A stretch of 64,000 bases of DNA from Chitinophagaceae bacterium (GCA_016717285.1 JADKFU010000005.1:1031319-1095318); one strand, 5' to 3'. Numbered from the stretch's first letter, positions 19,049 through 29,150 are shown. The notes: a model not told the origin generated them from the letters alone. Translations and numbers: made by a program.

Positions 19049-19183
19049 TTCTAAGAATCTGTTTTGAAATCAATTAATTTTTTTACAATGCTCTTTGGTT
19101 CGGCTTTGCCAGAAGCGCACCCTGAGCGCAGCCGAAGGGTAAGCGATGTAACAATTATATTGATTGATTTCAAAACAACTTCT
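19049..19183 (+). repeat. MITE-like ~135-bp element, copy 2
   Basis: Sequence: TTCTAAGAATCTGTTTTGAAATCAATTAATTTTTTTACAATGCTCTTTGGTTCGGCTTTGCCAGAAGCGCACCCTGAGCGCAGCCGAAGGGTAAGCGATGTAACAATTATATTGATTGATTTCAAAACAACTTCT. Almost identical to 32918-33052. Confidence 0.9.
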
Positions 19184-19206
19184 AAACCTGAAAATTTATT
19201 TTTAGA

Positions 19207-19476
19207 ATGGAAGCTTTAACTGAAAATGAATTTCTTCTGTTGGATGAATTATATTTCGTTACCTCTTTCGGGGAAGTTTTACAAGAGCTTGCGATAGATA
19301 AGGATTTATTCCTTTCAACTTTAACCGGACTACTTGCAAAGGGATTTGTTATTCAATTGAATTACAATGATGTCATAAAGGATTTTGAGAAGCTGGAAAA
19401 ACCTGATCTTGCCTTTTTGGAGTCTTCGAGTTTTGTAGCATCCCGGGAGGGTTTACTGATACATAACAGCCGCTGA
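19207..19476 (+). CDS. hypothetical protein (89 aa)
   Basis: ORF track. It lies directly upstream of the phosphatase gene on the same strand. Confidence 0.45.
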   Translation: MEALTENEFLLLDELYFVTSFGEVLQELAIDKDLFLSTLTGLLAKGFVIQLNYNDVIKDFEKLEKPDLAFLESSSFVASREGLLIHNSR

Positions 19477-19523
19477 TTGCAGAACGAAGCTGGAAAGGCA
19501 TAGCTTACATCCTGATTCAGAAT

Positions 19524-20766
19524 ATGAAGGTCGCACCTGTTAATATTGAACTACATGTAGAACAACTACAACAACAGTTGTTGTTGAAGGAGCTTGAGTT
19601 GAATTCATTGCTCCGGATTACGCAGGCCATGAACAATAATATTTCATCGCAAGGCTTGCTGCTATTGTATGAAGATATATTGGTGAAGCAGATTGGTGCA
19701 GGCAAAGTGGCAGTGTTTATTTATGATGGAGATTGGTTATGCTCGAATGCGATTGGTATTGATACGGATTTCGCCGGTAAGCTCATCAGAAAGTACCTGT
19801 TGTCGTTTAAGCAGGTAACAAGACTTGAGAAAAACAATCATCCGCTTGCTGAATATTTTGATGTGGTAGTGCCTGTTTATCACAAAGAATTTCCCATAGC
19901 ATTTACATTTGTCGGTAATATTCAAAGAGATCCTCTTTTTAAGCTGGAAGAAAAACTCAATTATATACAAACCATTTCCAATATTATAGGTGTAGCCATA
20001 GAAAATAAGCGGATGTTCAGGGCGAATACCAAAGAAACCACTCTTAAATCAGAACTGGAATTGGCAGGGCAGATGCAGACGATGCTCATACCCGGAAAGT
20101 TGCCGGATGATGAACAGATATCTATTGCCGGCGTTTACCTTCCTTTCCGGGAGGTGGGCGGTGACTACTATGATTATATTGAACTGAATAAGGATGAATG
20201 CATTTTTTGTATTGGTGATATTTCCGGGAAAGGAATTGCCGCAGCCTTGCTGATGGCGAATTTCCAGGCCAGTGTGCGCTCCTATGCGGAACAACAACCG
20301 TCGCTTGGCGCGTTGATTCAGAGCTTAAATGGAAGAGTAAATGAAATTACCAAAGGGGAGAAGTACATCACTTTTTTCATTGCCAAATTCAATTTCGTAA
20401 CACGGGAAATGCAGTATATAAATGCGGGACATAATCCTGCTGTTTTATTTCACGAAGGAGAAACACGTTTGCTTCCAGGAAGGTTGTACGATTCTGGGTA
20501 TGTTTGAGAAGCTGCCTTACGTAAATGTGCAAAGTGTTACACTTGGCAATAAGTTTACGGTTTTTTGTTATACCGACGGACTCACGGATGTTGAAAGTGA
20601 AGCAAAGCAGATGCTTGAATTAAAGGATATCATCAGCCTGATTGAGGAAAACATTGCGCTCCCGCCTTCGGCAATAAATAAAAAGATTGTCGATCATCTC
20701 GTTGCGTTCAAGGGTGCCCGCCTGATTAATGATGACGTGAGTATACTGACTTGTGTGGTGTATTGA
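19524..20766 (+). pseudogene. GAF-domain PP2C/SpoIIE-family serine phosphatase, frameshifted near its C-terminal third
   Basis: ORF 19524..20507 (...GDISGKGIAAALLMANF...YINAGHNPAVLFHEGE...) continues in ORF 20422..20766 (...QEGCTILGMF...CYTDGLTDVE...). The shift lies at about 20460-20480. Confidence 0.75.
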
Positions 20767-20789
20767 TTTTCCCGGTAGGTTGAAAAAAA

Positions 20790-22289
20790 TTATTTTGAGC
20801 CTGACACCTGATTCCTCAGTTTTTTATTCCGGACATCCTGGTTCACCAATAAAGCGATACAGATAAAAAAGAAGGAACCGATCTTATCGGTTTCAATAAG
20901 ATCGCTGAGCATTGTATTCACATAAATAATTACCAGGCAAAGCAGCACCGCCATCACATATCGTTTTTCTTCCCGGTCGATTGTTTGATGATAAATGCGC
21001 TGACCCTGCATCAGCAAAACAATGGTTAATGCGAGGAAGATGAGCAAGCCGATAATACCCTGTTCCGTAAGCAATAAGAGGAAGTAGTTGTGTACGGATG
21101 AACGCTCCGGATTTTCGCTTACATAGGTTTTAAAACTCGTTACCGTAAAAGCTTTATAGAAGCCATAAAAATTTCCGGGGCCGTAACCGATCACGGGCCG
21201 GTCTAACCACATGCGCACACCTGCAATCCAGCGATAGACACGTTCCGCACTCGAAACATCTTCGCCTTCAAAAGTGGAAAGTAAATGATCTTCCAGTTCC
21301 GGATGATAAATGGTGTGCTCAAAGTCGGGTGCATAATTCAGGTAATGATTTTGAACACTCATGTAAATCATAAATCCCAACATGGCTGCCAGTCCTGCTG
21401 TCAGCAACCATCCTGTGAGTTTGTTTCTGATAATAATGTACATGAAACAGGCACCAATCAACGAGAGCCAGGCAGATCGTGTATAGGCAAAATAAATAGC
21501 CACCAGCAGCAATGCGAATGAAAACAGTAGAAATCTTCGTGCTAAAGACTTCTTCTTATACCATCCAATAGCCAACACAACAAAAGGCATGATCTGCGCA
21601 AGCGTGCAGGCATAATTTACATGGTTGCGAAAGAAGGGAATCATTTGTTCATTCACTGTCTGAAAAGAGAAATCATACCTCGAATGGCGGACTAAACTAT
21701 AAACAGCAGTAAACAACAAGGGAATCAAAATACACCAGAAAGCTGTTTTGAATGTCGTCAGCTCTTTGATCACAAGCCCTGTTACAAAAACGAAGGTGAT
21801 GATGTACCACATTTTTGCAAGAGAATATTTAACAGAAACAAGCGGATCAGCGGAATATGCGGTAGCCACCAGGATCCAGCAAAAATGAATCAGCAGCAAA
21901 AAAATGATCGGGCTTTTTAAAACTTCCTGATTAAATATTGCAGGCCTTGCGGCAACGGCGCAAAAGAAAAGCAGCATGAGTCCTGCAATCAAAGGTTCTG
22001 TAGGGAAATCAGTTGCAAAGCCGCCAGGTAAAGCAACTTCCGTGGAAAGAGGAAGCAGAAAAAGCAACAAAAAATAGATACTTCTGAAATCATTTATACA
22101 CAGGTAGATAAAAAGTATACTACCCGGAATGAGCAGCAAAAGATAATTCTCTGTATAAATGCTTGCAAAGGCACAGATAAACAACAAGCCAAAAAAAATA
22201 TAAAACAGTTTCAACCACAATTTATCAATGGGTGGTTGGCTGCCTCGTGTTAAGCTATTAAGTTGAGTGTTTGTAGTAGGAATCATCAA
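20790..22289 (-). CDS. O-antigen ligase/polymerase family (Wzy_C-like) membrane protein
   Basis: 499-aa protein with more than 10 TM helices and a periplasmic loop typical of the O-antigen ligase family. Polysaccharide cluster context. Confidence 0.75.
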   Translation of the reverse strand: MMIPTTNTQLNSLTRGSQPPIDKLWLKLFYIFFGLLFICAFASIYTENYLLLLIPGSILFIYLCINDFRSIYFLLLFLLPLSTEVALPGGFATDFPTEPLIAGLMLLFFCAVAARPAIFNQEVLKSPIIFLLLIHFCWILVATAYSADPLVSVKYSLAKMWYIITFVFVTGLVIKELTTFKTAFWCILIPLLFTAVYSLVRHSRYDFSFQTVNEQMIPFFRNHVNYACTLAQIMPFVVLAIGWYKKKSLARRFLLFSFALLLVAIYFAYTRSAWLSLIGACFMYIIIRNKLTGWLLTAGLAAMLGFMIYMSVQNHYLNYAPDFEHTIYHPELEDHLLSTFEGEDVSSAERVYRWIAGVRMWLDRPVIGYGPGNFYGFYKAFTVTSFKTYVSENPERSSVHNYFLLLLTEQGIIGLLIFLALTIVLLMQGQRIYHQTIDREEKRYVMAVLLCLVIIYVNTMLSDLIETDKIGSFFFICIALLVNQDVRNKKLRNQVSGSK

Positions 22290-22394
22290 CTAAACCTGCT
22301 TCTTATTAAAAATGATTTTGAGGGCACAATAAATTTCTCAGCTTTAATTTATTCCTGAACAGTTGTAAGAAGGTGATAACTGCCGTTTAGAAAA

Positions 22395-23387
22395 TCAGGT
22401 GGCAGGCTGTGCATTTTCATTGCTTTTCTGAAAGGCCGTTCTGAAACTTCTAAAACGTTCTATCATCAAGATGGCAAGCGCTGCCAATACAAAGCTGCCG
22501 AGCAAAGTGCCCAGCACAATCAGCCAACGGACAGGTTTAGATTTTCTTTCGGCTTTAAAAGCTTTTTCCAAAACGTATACCGTTGGCACCGTGCTGTTGA
22601 TGGTGGCTTTATATTGCTCGTATTCGATCATGTTATTATTGAGTTCACGGATAGCACCTTTTTTTTGCTCTTCGAGCACTTTCACTTTTTCAGTAGCCTG
22701 GTCAAATCCGGCACCTTTCTCAGCGCGAAGCTTACTCACCTGGTTAGGTAAATCCTGAATGGAGCTGTACAAGCTGTATTCCTGTTTCAACTTATAAATG
22801 GTATCACCGAGGGCCTGCAATTGACCTTGTTTTTCTTTCAGCTTCACTTCATAAATTGATAAAATCTTTTGCTTGTTATCATTAAGCAATGCCTGGTTTG
22901 TTTCATCAATTTTTGCTACAATGGCATTGGCCATATCTGCGGCAACCTGTGGATCTCTGTCGTATACTGTTATTTCTATAGCTCCCCGGTCGTTTTTTTC
23001 GAAGGTGTAATTACTGTGCAATTCTTTCAGTACGGCCTCCACCGGATACTTCGACTTCATTGAATCTATCTTATAGTGCTTGAAGAGGTTAAACTTCTGC
23101 ACGATGAACATTTTCAGCGGCACTGAACCGGCAATGGAAAGAATACGGTCAACATCTGCGGCGGTTCCAAAATAGCCCTGTGCATTGTCGCCGAAGAGGT
23201 TGGAGCTTTGAGTCAGGTTGGGGTTGAGCGGATAAATGAGGGACACCGATTCATAATACGGTGGCATGATGTGCGGATCGGTGATTACGATACTGCCCAG
23301 CAGGCCAATTCCCATCACTATCAATACCGGCTTTCGCCATTTCACAATAAGTTTCAGGAATTCGATCAGATTTAAGGAATTATTCAT
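22395..23387 (-). CDS. Wzz-like polysaccharide chain-length determinant
   Basis: N- and C-terminal TM helices flank a coiled-coil periplasmic region. The N-terminus has the Wzz pattern (IEFLKLIVKWRKPVLIV...). Confidence 0.7.
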   Translation of the reverse strand: MNNSLNLIEFLKLIVKWRKPVLIVMGIGLLGSIVITDPHIMPPYYESVSLIYPLNPNLTQSSNLFGDNAQGYFGTAADVDRILSIAGSVPLKMFIVQKFNLFKHYKIDSMKSKYPVEAVLKELHSNYTFEKNDRGAIEITVYDRDPQVAADMANAIVAKIDETNQALLNDNKQKILSIYEVKLKEKQGQLQALGDTIYKLKQEYSLYSSIQDLPNQVSKLRAEKGAGFDQATEKVKVLEEQKKGAIRELNNNMIEYEQYKATINSTVPTVYVLEKAFKAERKSKPVRWLIVLGTLLGSFVLAALAILMIERFRSFRTAFQKSNENAQPAT

Positions 23388-23410
23388 CCGCAGGTATTAA
23401 AAATTTTCGG

Positions 23411-23418
23411 CAAACCTA
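23411..23418 (-). promoter_or_regulatory. candidate Bacteroidota -7 promoter box TAGGTTTG (TAnnTTTG) for the Wzz-like gene
   Basis: Plus strand CAAACCTA, 24 nt upstream of the ATG at 23387, with a TTG about 19 nt further upstream. Confidence 0.3.
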
Positions 23419-23626
23419 CACGAATTCAGCCCAATTCCAAAAAAGTTACGCTTTAAGTTTTTCAGCTGGGTGTTTGATTGTAAGGGATTTAGCGCAACTT
23501 ATGCAAGTAATTTGACATTAAAGGAACTTCAATTAAGGTGCATAAAAGGCGGCAGGAATGAATTTGTCTGTTTGTTTCAGGTTAAAGCATTCTTTGTCCT
23601 TTATAGATCATCTAATTGTACAAAAA

Positions 23627-25084
23627 TCATATTGAAGTATCGGCATCAGATCTTAATAAAGGCAATATTTTGCTGATCTCAATCAGACCCAGCAAAAATG
23701 CGAGACCTAATGAAAGCAATGAAAACAGTATCATACCACTCAGCCAGTTATAATACCACCAATGTGTGGTAAAAAATATACTGTAACAACCGATAATAAA
23801 TACGAAAAGCCGCAATAGCAAAGGCCTGTTGGCTTTGAAATGAAATACTTTTATTGACAGCAGGAAATTTAGTGCCCCGATCACAAGATTGGTAATGCAT
23901 GCAGCAATTGCAGCACCCAATGCGTGGCTCATTGGAATCAAAGCGAGGTTTAAGGTGAAGTTAAGCACTACAGCCATCAATGATATAAGGATGAGTTCTT
24001 TAAGGTTGCCATTGGCAGTCAGCAACGTACCGAATATATAAACGGTGGCTGTTCCGAGAAAACTGTAAATAATTATGGAAAGAATAGAAGATGAATATTC
24101 CGTTGCATCGTGGTATAACAACTGCATGATCGGTCCTGAAAAGAAGGACAATGCCATACAGATGATGAATGAAAAGATAAAGATGACGGTGAAACTGGTA
24201 CGTGCAAGCGACTCGATGTTCTGTTGCTTGCCAAGCATGCGCGAAAAGATGGGTAATAATAAAACGGCAAACAGGTAACCGAATTGATTGAGTGCATCCA
24301 GCAAACGGTAGGCAGATGCATAGATACCGGCTTCGTGGGCGCCTGTTTCAGGCAACAATTTATTAATCATGATGCCATCAATACGCGAATAAACAGCCAT
24401 CATCAAAATGAGCAAAGCAAAAGGAAATGAACGCCTGAACAAACCGGTAGCAAAATTCCAGGAAAAGTGAAAATGGAAACGGCCGCTGACATGGATGATA
24501 TATCCAAGGGCGATAATCAGCGTCACCAGGTAGGCTATCGTTTGTGAATAAATAAAATACTCAATGCTGAAGTGCGCCCGAAGCGAAGGAACTACCAATA
24601 ATGTCCCGCATATAAGAATCATCAACGCCTTGTCCATTACGGAAATCATACTGTCCACTTTGAAATGGTGGAGCGCAGATATGTTGGAACGGGAATAGAC
24701 AATGAGGGATGCAAGTACCTGGTTTAAACCAATCACGCCAAGCAGGTATATTTCAAAGTGAGAAAAGTGTATTACAAAACCCAGCAGCAGCGTCACGACC
24801 ATGTAGATCGCTGCAAGCGCGATTTTGATACTGAATATATTGGAAAGATAATCCGGGAGTTCACTCTCATTGCGGGCAAGGTGACGGTTGTTGTAATTGC
24901 TGATGCCTGCATCCAGTAAAATCTGCGTCAGCATCGAAAGATTAAACAGCACGAAATACATTCCATAAGCCGACGACCCGACAACATTTTGTACCGTTCG
25001 GTCAATACCAAGAATCCATAAGGGCTTGATCAGGACATTCAGCGCAACAATAAATACAAGATTTCTGAAAAATAATTTTTGCAT
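23627..25084 (-). CDS. oligosaccharide flippase (MOP/Wzx family)
   Basis: 485-aa protein with about 12-14 TM helices. Polysaccharide cluster context. Confidence 0.8.
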   Translation of the reverse strand: MQKLFFRNLVFIVALNVLIKPLWILGIDRTVQNVVGSSAYGMYFVLFNLSMLTQILLDAGISNYNNRHLARNESELPDYLSNIFSIKIALAAIYMVVTLLLGFVIHFSHFEIYLLGVIGLNQVLASLIVYSRSNISALHHFKVDSMISVMDKALMILICGTLLVVPSLRAHFSIEYFIYSQTIAYLVTLIIALGYIIHVSGRFHFHFSWNFATGLFRRSFPFALLILMMAVYSRIDGIMINKLLPETGAHEAGIYASAYRLLDALNQFGYLFAVLLLPIFSRMLGKQQNIESLARTSFTVIFIFSFIICMALSFFSGPIMQLLYHDATEYSSSILSIIIYSFLGTATVYIFGTLLTANGNLKELILISLMAVVLNFTLNLALIPMSHALGAAIAACITNLVIGALNFLLSIKVFHFKANRPLLLRLFVFIIGCYSIFFTTHWWYYNWLSGMILFSLLSLGLAFLLGLIEISKILPLLRSDADTSI

Positions 25085-25216
25085 GCAGCAACTGAGGTGA
25101 TTATTTCAGGATGTTATTTGCAGTGCGAGAATAGTGCAGCGCGCACAAAGGTAAAATGTCTGGGTTTCCTGGCGGGAAAAAAAAATAGTAGTGAGTAGTT
25201 AGTAGTGAGTAAAGAG

Positions 25217-25245
25217 TCGTTAGTCATTAGTCGCTAGTTGTCTAA
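25217..25245. repeat. TTAGTC-type heptad repeats (reverse orientation of the GACTAAN family)
   Basis: cgTTAGTCatTAGTCgcTAGTtgtctaa read directly. Confidence 0.6.
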
Positions 25246-25293
25246 CTCAAGCTGATTTCAAAGTATTGTTCTTGCAAATCACCGGCTTCGCCG

Positions 25294-25353
25294 CAACAAT
25301 TTAGCAATTCAACAATTTAGCAATTCAACAATTTAGCAATTCAACAATTTAAC
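25294..25353. repeat. 16-bp tandem repeat CAACAATTTAGCAATT x3.7
   Basis: Read directly in the divergent intergenic region between the flippase and GT4 genes. Confidence 0.85.
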
Positions 25354-25423
25354 CATCCCACCATTTAGTCACCCTACCATTCAACCCAATAACAACCTAA
25401 TAACCAATAGTTATCTTTCGCCC

Positions 25424-26553
25424 GTGAAGATTGCAGTCAACACCAGATTTCTACTTAAGAATAAATTAGAAGGCATAGGATGGTTTACCTATGAATCGCT
25501 GAAGCGGATCACGCAGCAACATCCTGAGCATGAGTTTGTGTTTCTCTTTGATCGCCCGTATCCGGAAGAATTTATTTTTTCATCCAATGTCACCGCAATG
25601 GTAATTTTTCCGCCTGCACGCCATCCGTTTTTATGGTATTGGTGGTTTGAACATGCTGTGCCTGCGGCATTGAAAAAAATAAAACCGGATCTGTTTCTTT
25701 CCACAGACGGTTATTTATCTCTCCATACCAAATTGCCACAGGTTACAGTAATGCATGATCTTGCCTTTGAACATTTCCCTGATCATGTACCTGCAATGAC
25801 CATGCGTTACTACAAGTATTACATGCCACGGTTTGCAAAAAAAGCAAAACGGATTGCAACGGTTTCGGAATATTCAAAGCAGGATATTGTAAAAATATAT
25901 GGAGTGGCACCGGAAAAAATTGATGTGGTGTATAATGGGTCCAATGAATTATTCAAGCCATTGAAGAAAGAGGAACAGGAAGTGGTGAAGCAACAATTTA
26001 CAGCAGGTGATCCGTATTTTATTTATGCAGGAGCTTTACAACCAAGAAAAAATATCATCAATCTCTTTAAAGCTTTTGATTTCTTTAAGAAAAGTAATCA
26101 TTGCAATGTAAAACTGGTGATGGCAGGCAGAAACTGGTCGTATGATGAAGCGATGAAAGTGCATGCTGCTATGCAATTTAAAGAAGAAGTGATTTTCCCG
26201 GCCATTTAACACGGCTTGATTTGTCGAGGTTAATGGGTGCAGCGGAAGCGCTTGTATATGTTTCGCTCTTTGAAGGTTTTGGAATTCCTATTGTGGAAGC
26301 TATGCATTGCGATGTTCCTGTGATCACTTCCAATATTTCTTCCATGCCGGAAGTTGCAGGTGACTCAGGATTGCTGGTAGATCCTTATTCGGTTACAGAC
26401 ATTGCTGAAAAGATGGAGCTGATTCTTAAAGATAAGAAATTGTGTATGCAACTGATTGAAAAAGGAAGATTGCAGCGTAAGCAATTCACCTGGCAACGTA
26501 CTGCTGACAGATTATGGGAATGTATGATGAAGGCAGTGGAAGAGCGCAGCTAA
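25424..26553 (+). pseudogene. family 4 glycosyltransferase split by a 1-nt frameshift
   Basis: ORF 25424..26209 ends ...EEVIFPAI*. A shifted frame continues (F)PGHLTRLDLSRLMGAAEALVYVSLFEGFGIPIVEAMHCDVPVITS.... The shift is within 26194-26203 (ttttcccggcc). GTG start. Confidence 0.8.
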
Positions 26554-26669
26554 GTGCAGGACGAAATAAATTTTGGCAGTGTTCAACTATTGTAAACTCC
26601 TTGCCGTTGCCGGTTGCAAACCATGTCAAAGTTGTCAGTTCAGGATTAACCTGACAATGGTGTTGTCAA

Positions 26670-26888
26670 CTAAAATTCCTTCTTAAGTATTTCAGCAACC
26701 ACTGTTTTCAGTTCAGGTAAATCTTTTCTTATGGCCTCCCATACAATGCCGAATTCAATTGCATGGTATTCGTGAAGTATAAAATTCCTGAATCCTCTCA
26801 CTTTATGCCATGGATATTTATACTTATTAAGTATTTCATCGTCAACATAAATGATTGCTTCTCCAATTATGCTGAATTGTTCATTCAT
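26670..26888 (-). pseudogene. 5'-truncated HepT/DUF86 toxin-like gene (C-terminal ~72 aa only)
   Basis: RX4HXY motif (RNFILHEY) preceded by IIGEA. About 40 N-terminal residues and the usual upstream MNT partner are missing. The ATG overlaps the TGA of the upstream T9SS cargo gene. Confidence 0.6.
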
Positions 26889-27892
26889 CACTGCACAACT
26901 ATTTTCCCACTCACCTTTCCTGCATTGTGTTGAACCACGACATCATAATTGCCTGCGGCTAAATCAGAAACATCCAACGTTATTTGCTGATTCCCTTTTA
27001 TCAATACACCAGCATAAATCGTTTTTACAATTCTTCCGGTTATGTCGGAAATAGTTGTGGTAACAGATGAAGTGCGGTTCAAATTAAAATGGATGGTGGA
27101 GATTGAATTGGAAGGATTAGGATAGATATTCAATGTTGAAATAGCTGCTGTTGTTTCATGAATGCCGGTAATTTCATTTTGCGTAACCAGTATATCATCC
27201 ACACTCAACAGGTTATCGTCTTTTGATCCATGTACAATAGCGATGTATATTTTCTGGCCAACATAAGCGGCCAGACTCACGGATTGTGGCTGCAATACCC
27301 CAACGAAGCGTGCTGAATCATTGTGGTATTCCGTATAAGTTCCATCCTCGCCATGCACCCATCCAGACGAGAAAGTATAATGGCTGAATCCACTATCCAC
27401 ATCCAAAGCTCCCACAGAAAGATATTCTGCTGCTTTGAAGAGTGTATCGGTAAAACATTCTTCCACATTACAATCGGTTGAAACCACCACATAATAGCCA
27501 TCGAGGTAACGCGGTGTTTGATAGGGAGCGGATTTCCAACTCAGTTGTGCGCTGGCATCTTCTATGTTTAAGGGTGGGAGAATCAGGTAGTTCGCAACTA
27601 AATTGGCAGGGGAAGTCCAGGAGTTGCTGGCAAACACCAGTGTTGAAGTATCAATATCTGCAAATCCAAACGTCCAGAACCACTCACCGGGTCGTCCGGT
27701 GCCGCTGCCATCATTGAATCCATCCTGGTCGTAATTCACCCAGGTTTCATCATCGCCATTCGGGAATGTGGGTTCGATGTAAGTTGTGGGATCATTTTCA
27801 AAATTTTCAAATACAAGTGTGTCTATTTGGCCAAATACAAGTTGTTGAAAACATAAAAGAAAAATGGCGAGGATGGTGTAGCGTTTTTTCAT
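26888..27892 (-). CDS. secreted protein with T9SS C-terminal sorting domain (choice-of-anchor-J-like N-terminal domain)
   Basis: Signal peptide. C-terminal LNIYPNPSNSISTIHFNL...ITGRIV...AGNYDVVV pattern. Confidence 0.8.
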   Translation of the reverse strand: MKKRYTILAIFLLCFQQLVFGQIDTLVFENFENDPTTYIEPTFPNGDDETWVNYDQDGFNDGSGTGRPGEWFWTFGFADIDTSTLVFASNSWTSPANLVANYLILPPLNIEDASAQLSWKSAPYQTPRYLDGYYVVVSTDCNVEECFTDTLFKAAEYLSVGALDVDSGFSHYTFSSGWVHGEDGTYTEYHNDSARFVGVLQPQSVSLAAYVGQKIYIAIVHGSKDDNLLSVDDILVTQNEITGIHETTAAISTLNIYPNPSNSISTIHFNLNRTSSVTTTISDITGRIVKTIYAGVLIKGNQQITLDVSDLAAGNYDVVVQHNAGKVSGKIVVQ

Positions 27893-27970
27893 GGGTGTAT
27901 TTTAATTGTATAAAAATCCGTATTCAAATTATAAAATGCAAATCATTGGGCTACTATTATGGATCGGCGC

Positions 27971-27994
27971 AGAGACGCAATGCATTGCGTCTCT
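27971..27994 (-). terminator. perfect 24-nt palindrome AGAGACGCAATGCATTGCGTCTCT downstream of the trans-sulfuration gene
   Basis: Read directly, 17 nt past the stop at 28011. No adjacent U-run, so terminator function is inferred only. Confidence 0.4.
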
Positions 27995-28010
27995 ACGGGT
28001 GGTCATTTAA

Positions 28011-29150
28011 TCATCCGATGGCCTGTTGAATATCTTCCATCAGGTCATCAATATCTTCCACACCTACACTGAGGCGGATTAAAGAATCAACCAATCCATT
28101 TTTCTCCCGCTCTTCTTTAGGAATAGAAGCATGCGTCATCGAAGCAGGATGACCGATGAGCGATTCCACACCGCCCAATGATTCTGCAAGCGAGAATAAT
28201 TTTGTTCCGGAAAGCACCTTGATGGCATCTTCCATTTTATTTCCTTTTAACGTAAAGGAAATCATGCCGCCAAATCCGCGCATTTGCTTTTTTGCAATCT
28301 CATGATTCGGATGGCTTGTTAATCCGGGAAAAAGTACCGTCTGCACCTTAGAATGGTCCGATAAAAATGCTGCCATCTTCAATGCATTTTCGCAATGACG
28401 TGCCATTCGCAGATGAAGTGTCTTGATACCGCGCAATACCAAAAAGCAATCCTGTGGTCCGGGCACACCGCCACAGGCATTTTGCAAAAATTTCAAACGC
28501 TCATGCAATTCTTCATCCTTAGTAACAATAGCACCCATCACCACATCACTATGTCCGGATATATATTTTGTAACCGAATGCAAAACCAGATCTGCACCGA
28601 GATCCAATGGATTTTGCAGGTATGGGGAAGCGAAAGTATTGTCAACACATACCAATGCGCCCACGCTTTTTGCCGCAGCAACAGCGGCGGCAATATCAAT
28701 AATGTTCATCATCGGGTTGGTTGGAGTTTCCAGCCACAATAATTTAGTATGGGGTGTTATGTGTTTTTCAATCGTACCGGATTCATGCATGGGAATGAAT
28801 TTAAATTTCACGCCATACCGTTCAAACACTTTTGTGAAAATGCGATAGGATCCACCATACAGATCGTTGGTGGAAAGCACTTCATCGCCGGGATTCAGCA
28901 ATTTGATGACTGCATCAGTTGCAGCCATGCCACTGGAAAAGCACAATCCAAATTTGCCGTTTTCCAATGCGGCGAGATTATTCTGCAACACATTACGTGT
29001 TGGATTTTGAGTACGTGCGTATTCATAACCTTTGTGATCACCCGGCGCTTCCTGCACATACGTGGAGGTTTGATAAATAGGCGTCATGATAGCTCCTGTA
29101 GTTGGATCGGGTTCAATGCCGGCATGCAGTACTTTGGTGGCGAATTTCAT
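28011..29150 (-). CDS. PLP-dependent trans-sulfuration enzyme (cystathionine gamma-synthase / beta- or gamma-lyase family)
   Basis: Family hallmarks: MKFATKVLHAG..., ...SVTKYISGHSDVVMG (PLP lysine), and ...LAESLGGVESL... Confidence 0.9.
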   Translation of the reverse strand: MKFATKVLHAGIEPDPTTGAIMTPIYQTSTYVQEAPGDHKGYEYARTQNPTRNVLQNNLAALENGKFGLCFSSGMAATDAVIKLLNPGDEVLSTNDLYGGSYRIFTKVFERYGVKFKFIPMHESGTIEKHITPHTKLLWLETPTNPMMNIIDIAAAVAAAKSVGALVCVDNTFASPYLQNPLDLGADLVLHSVTKYISGHSDVVMGAIVTKDEELHERLKFLQNACGGVPGPQDCFLVLRGIKTLHLRMARHCENALKMAAFLSDHSKVQTVLFPGLTSHPNHEIAKKQMRGFGGMISFTLKGNKMEDAIKVLSGTKLFSLAESLGGVESLIGHPASMTHASIPKEEREKNGLVDSLIRLSVGVEDIDDLMEDIQQAIG

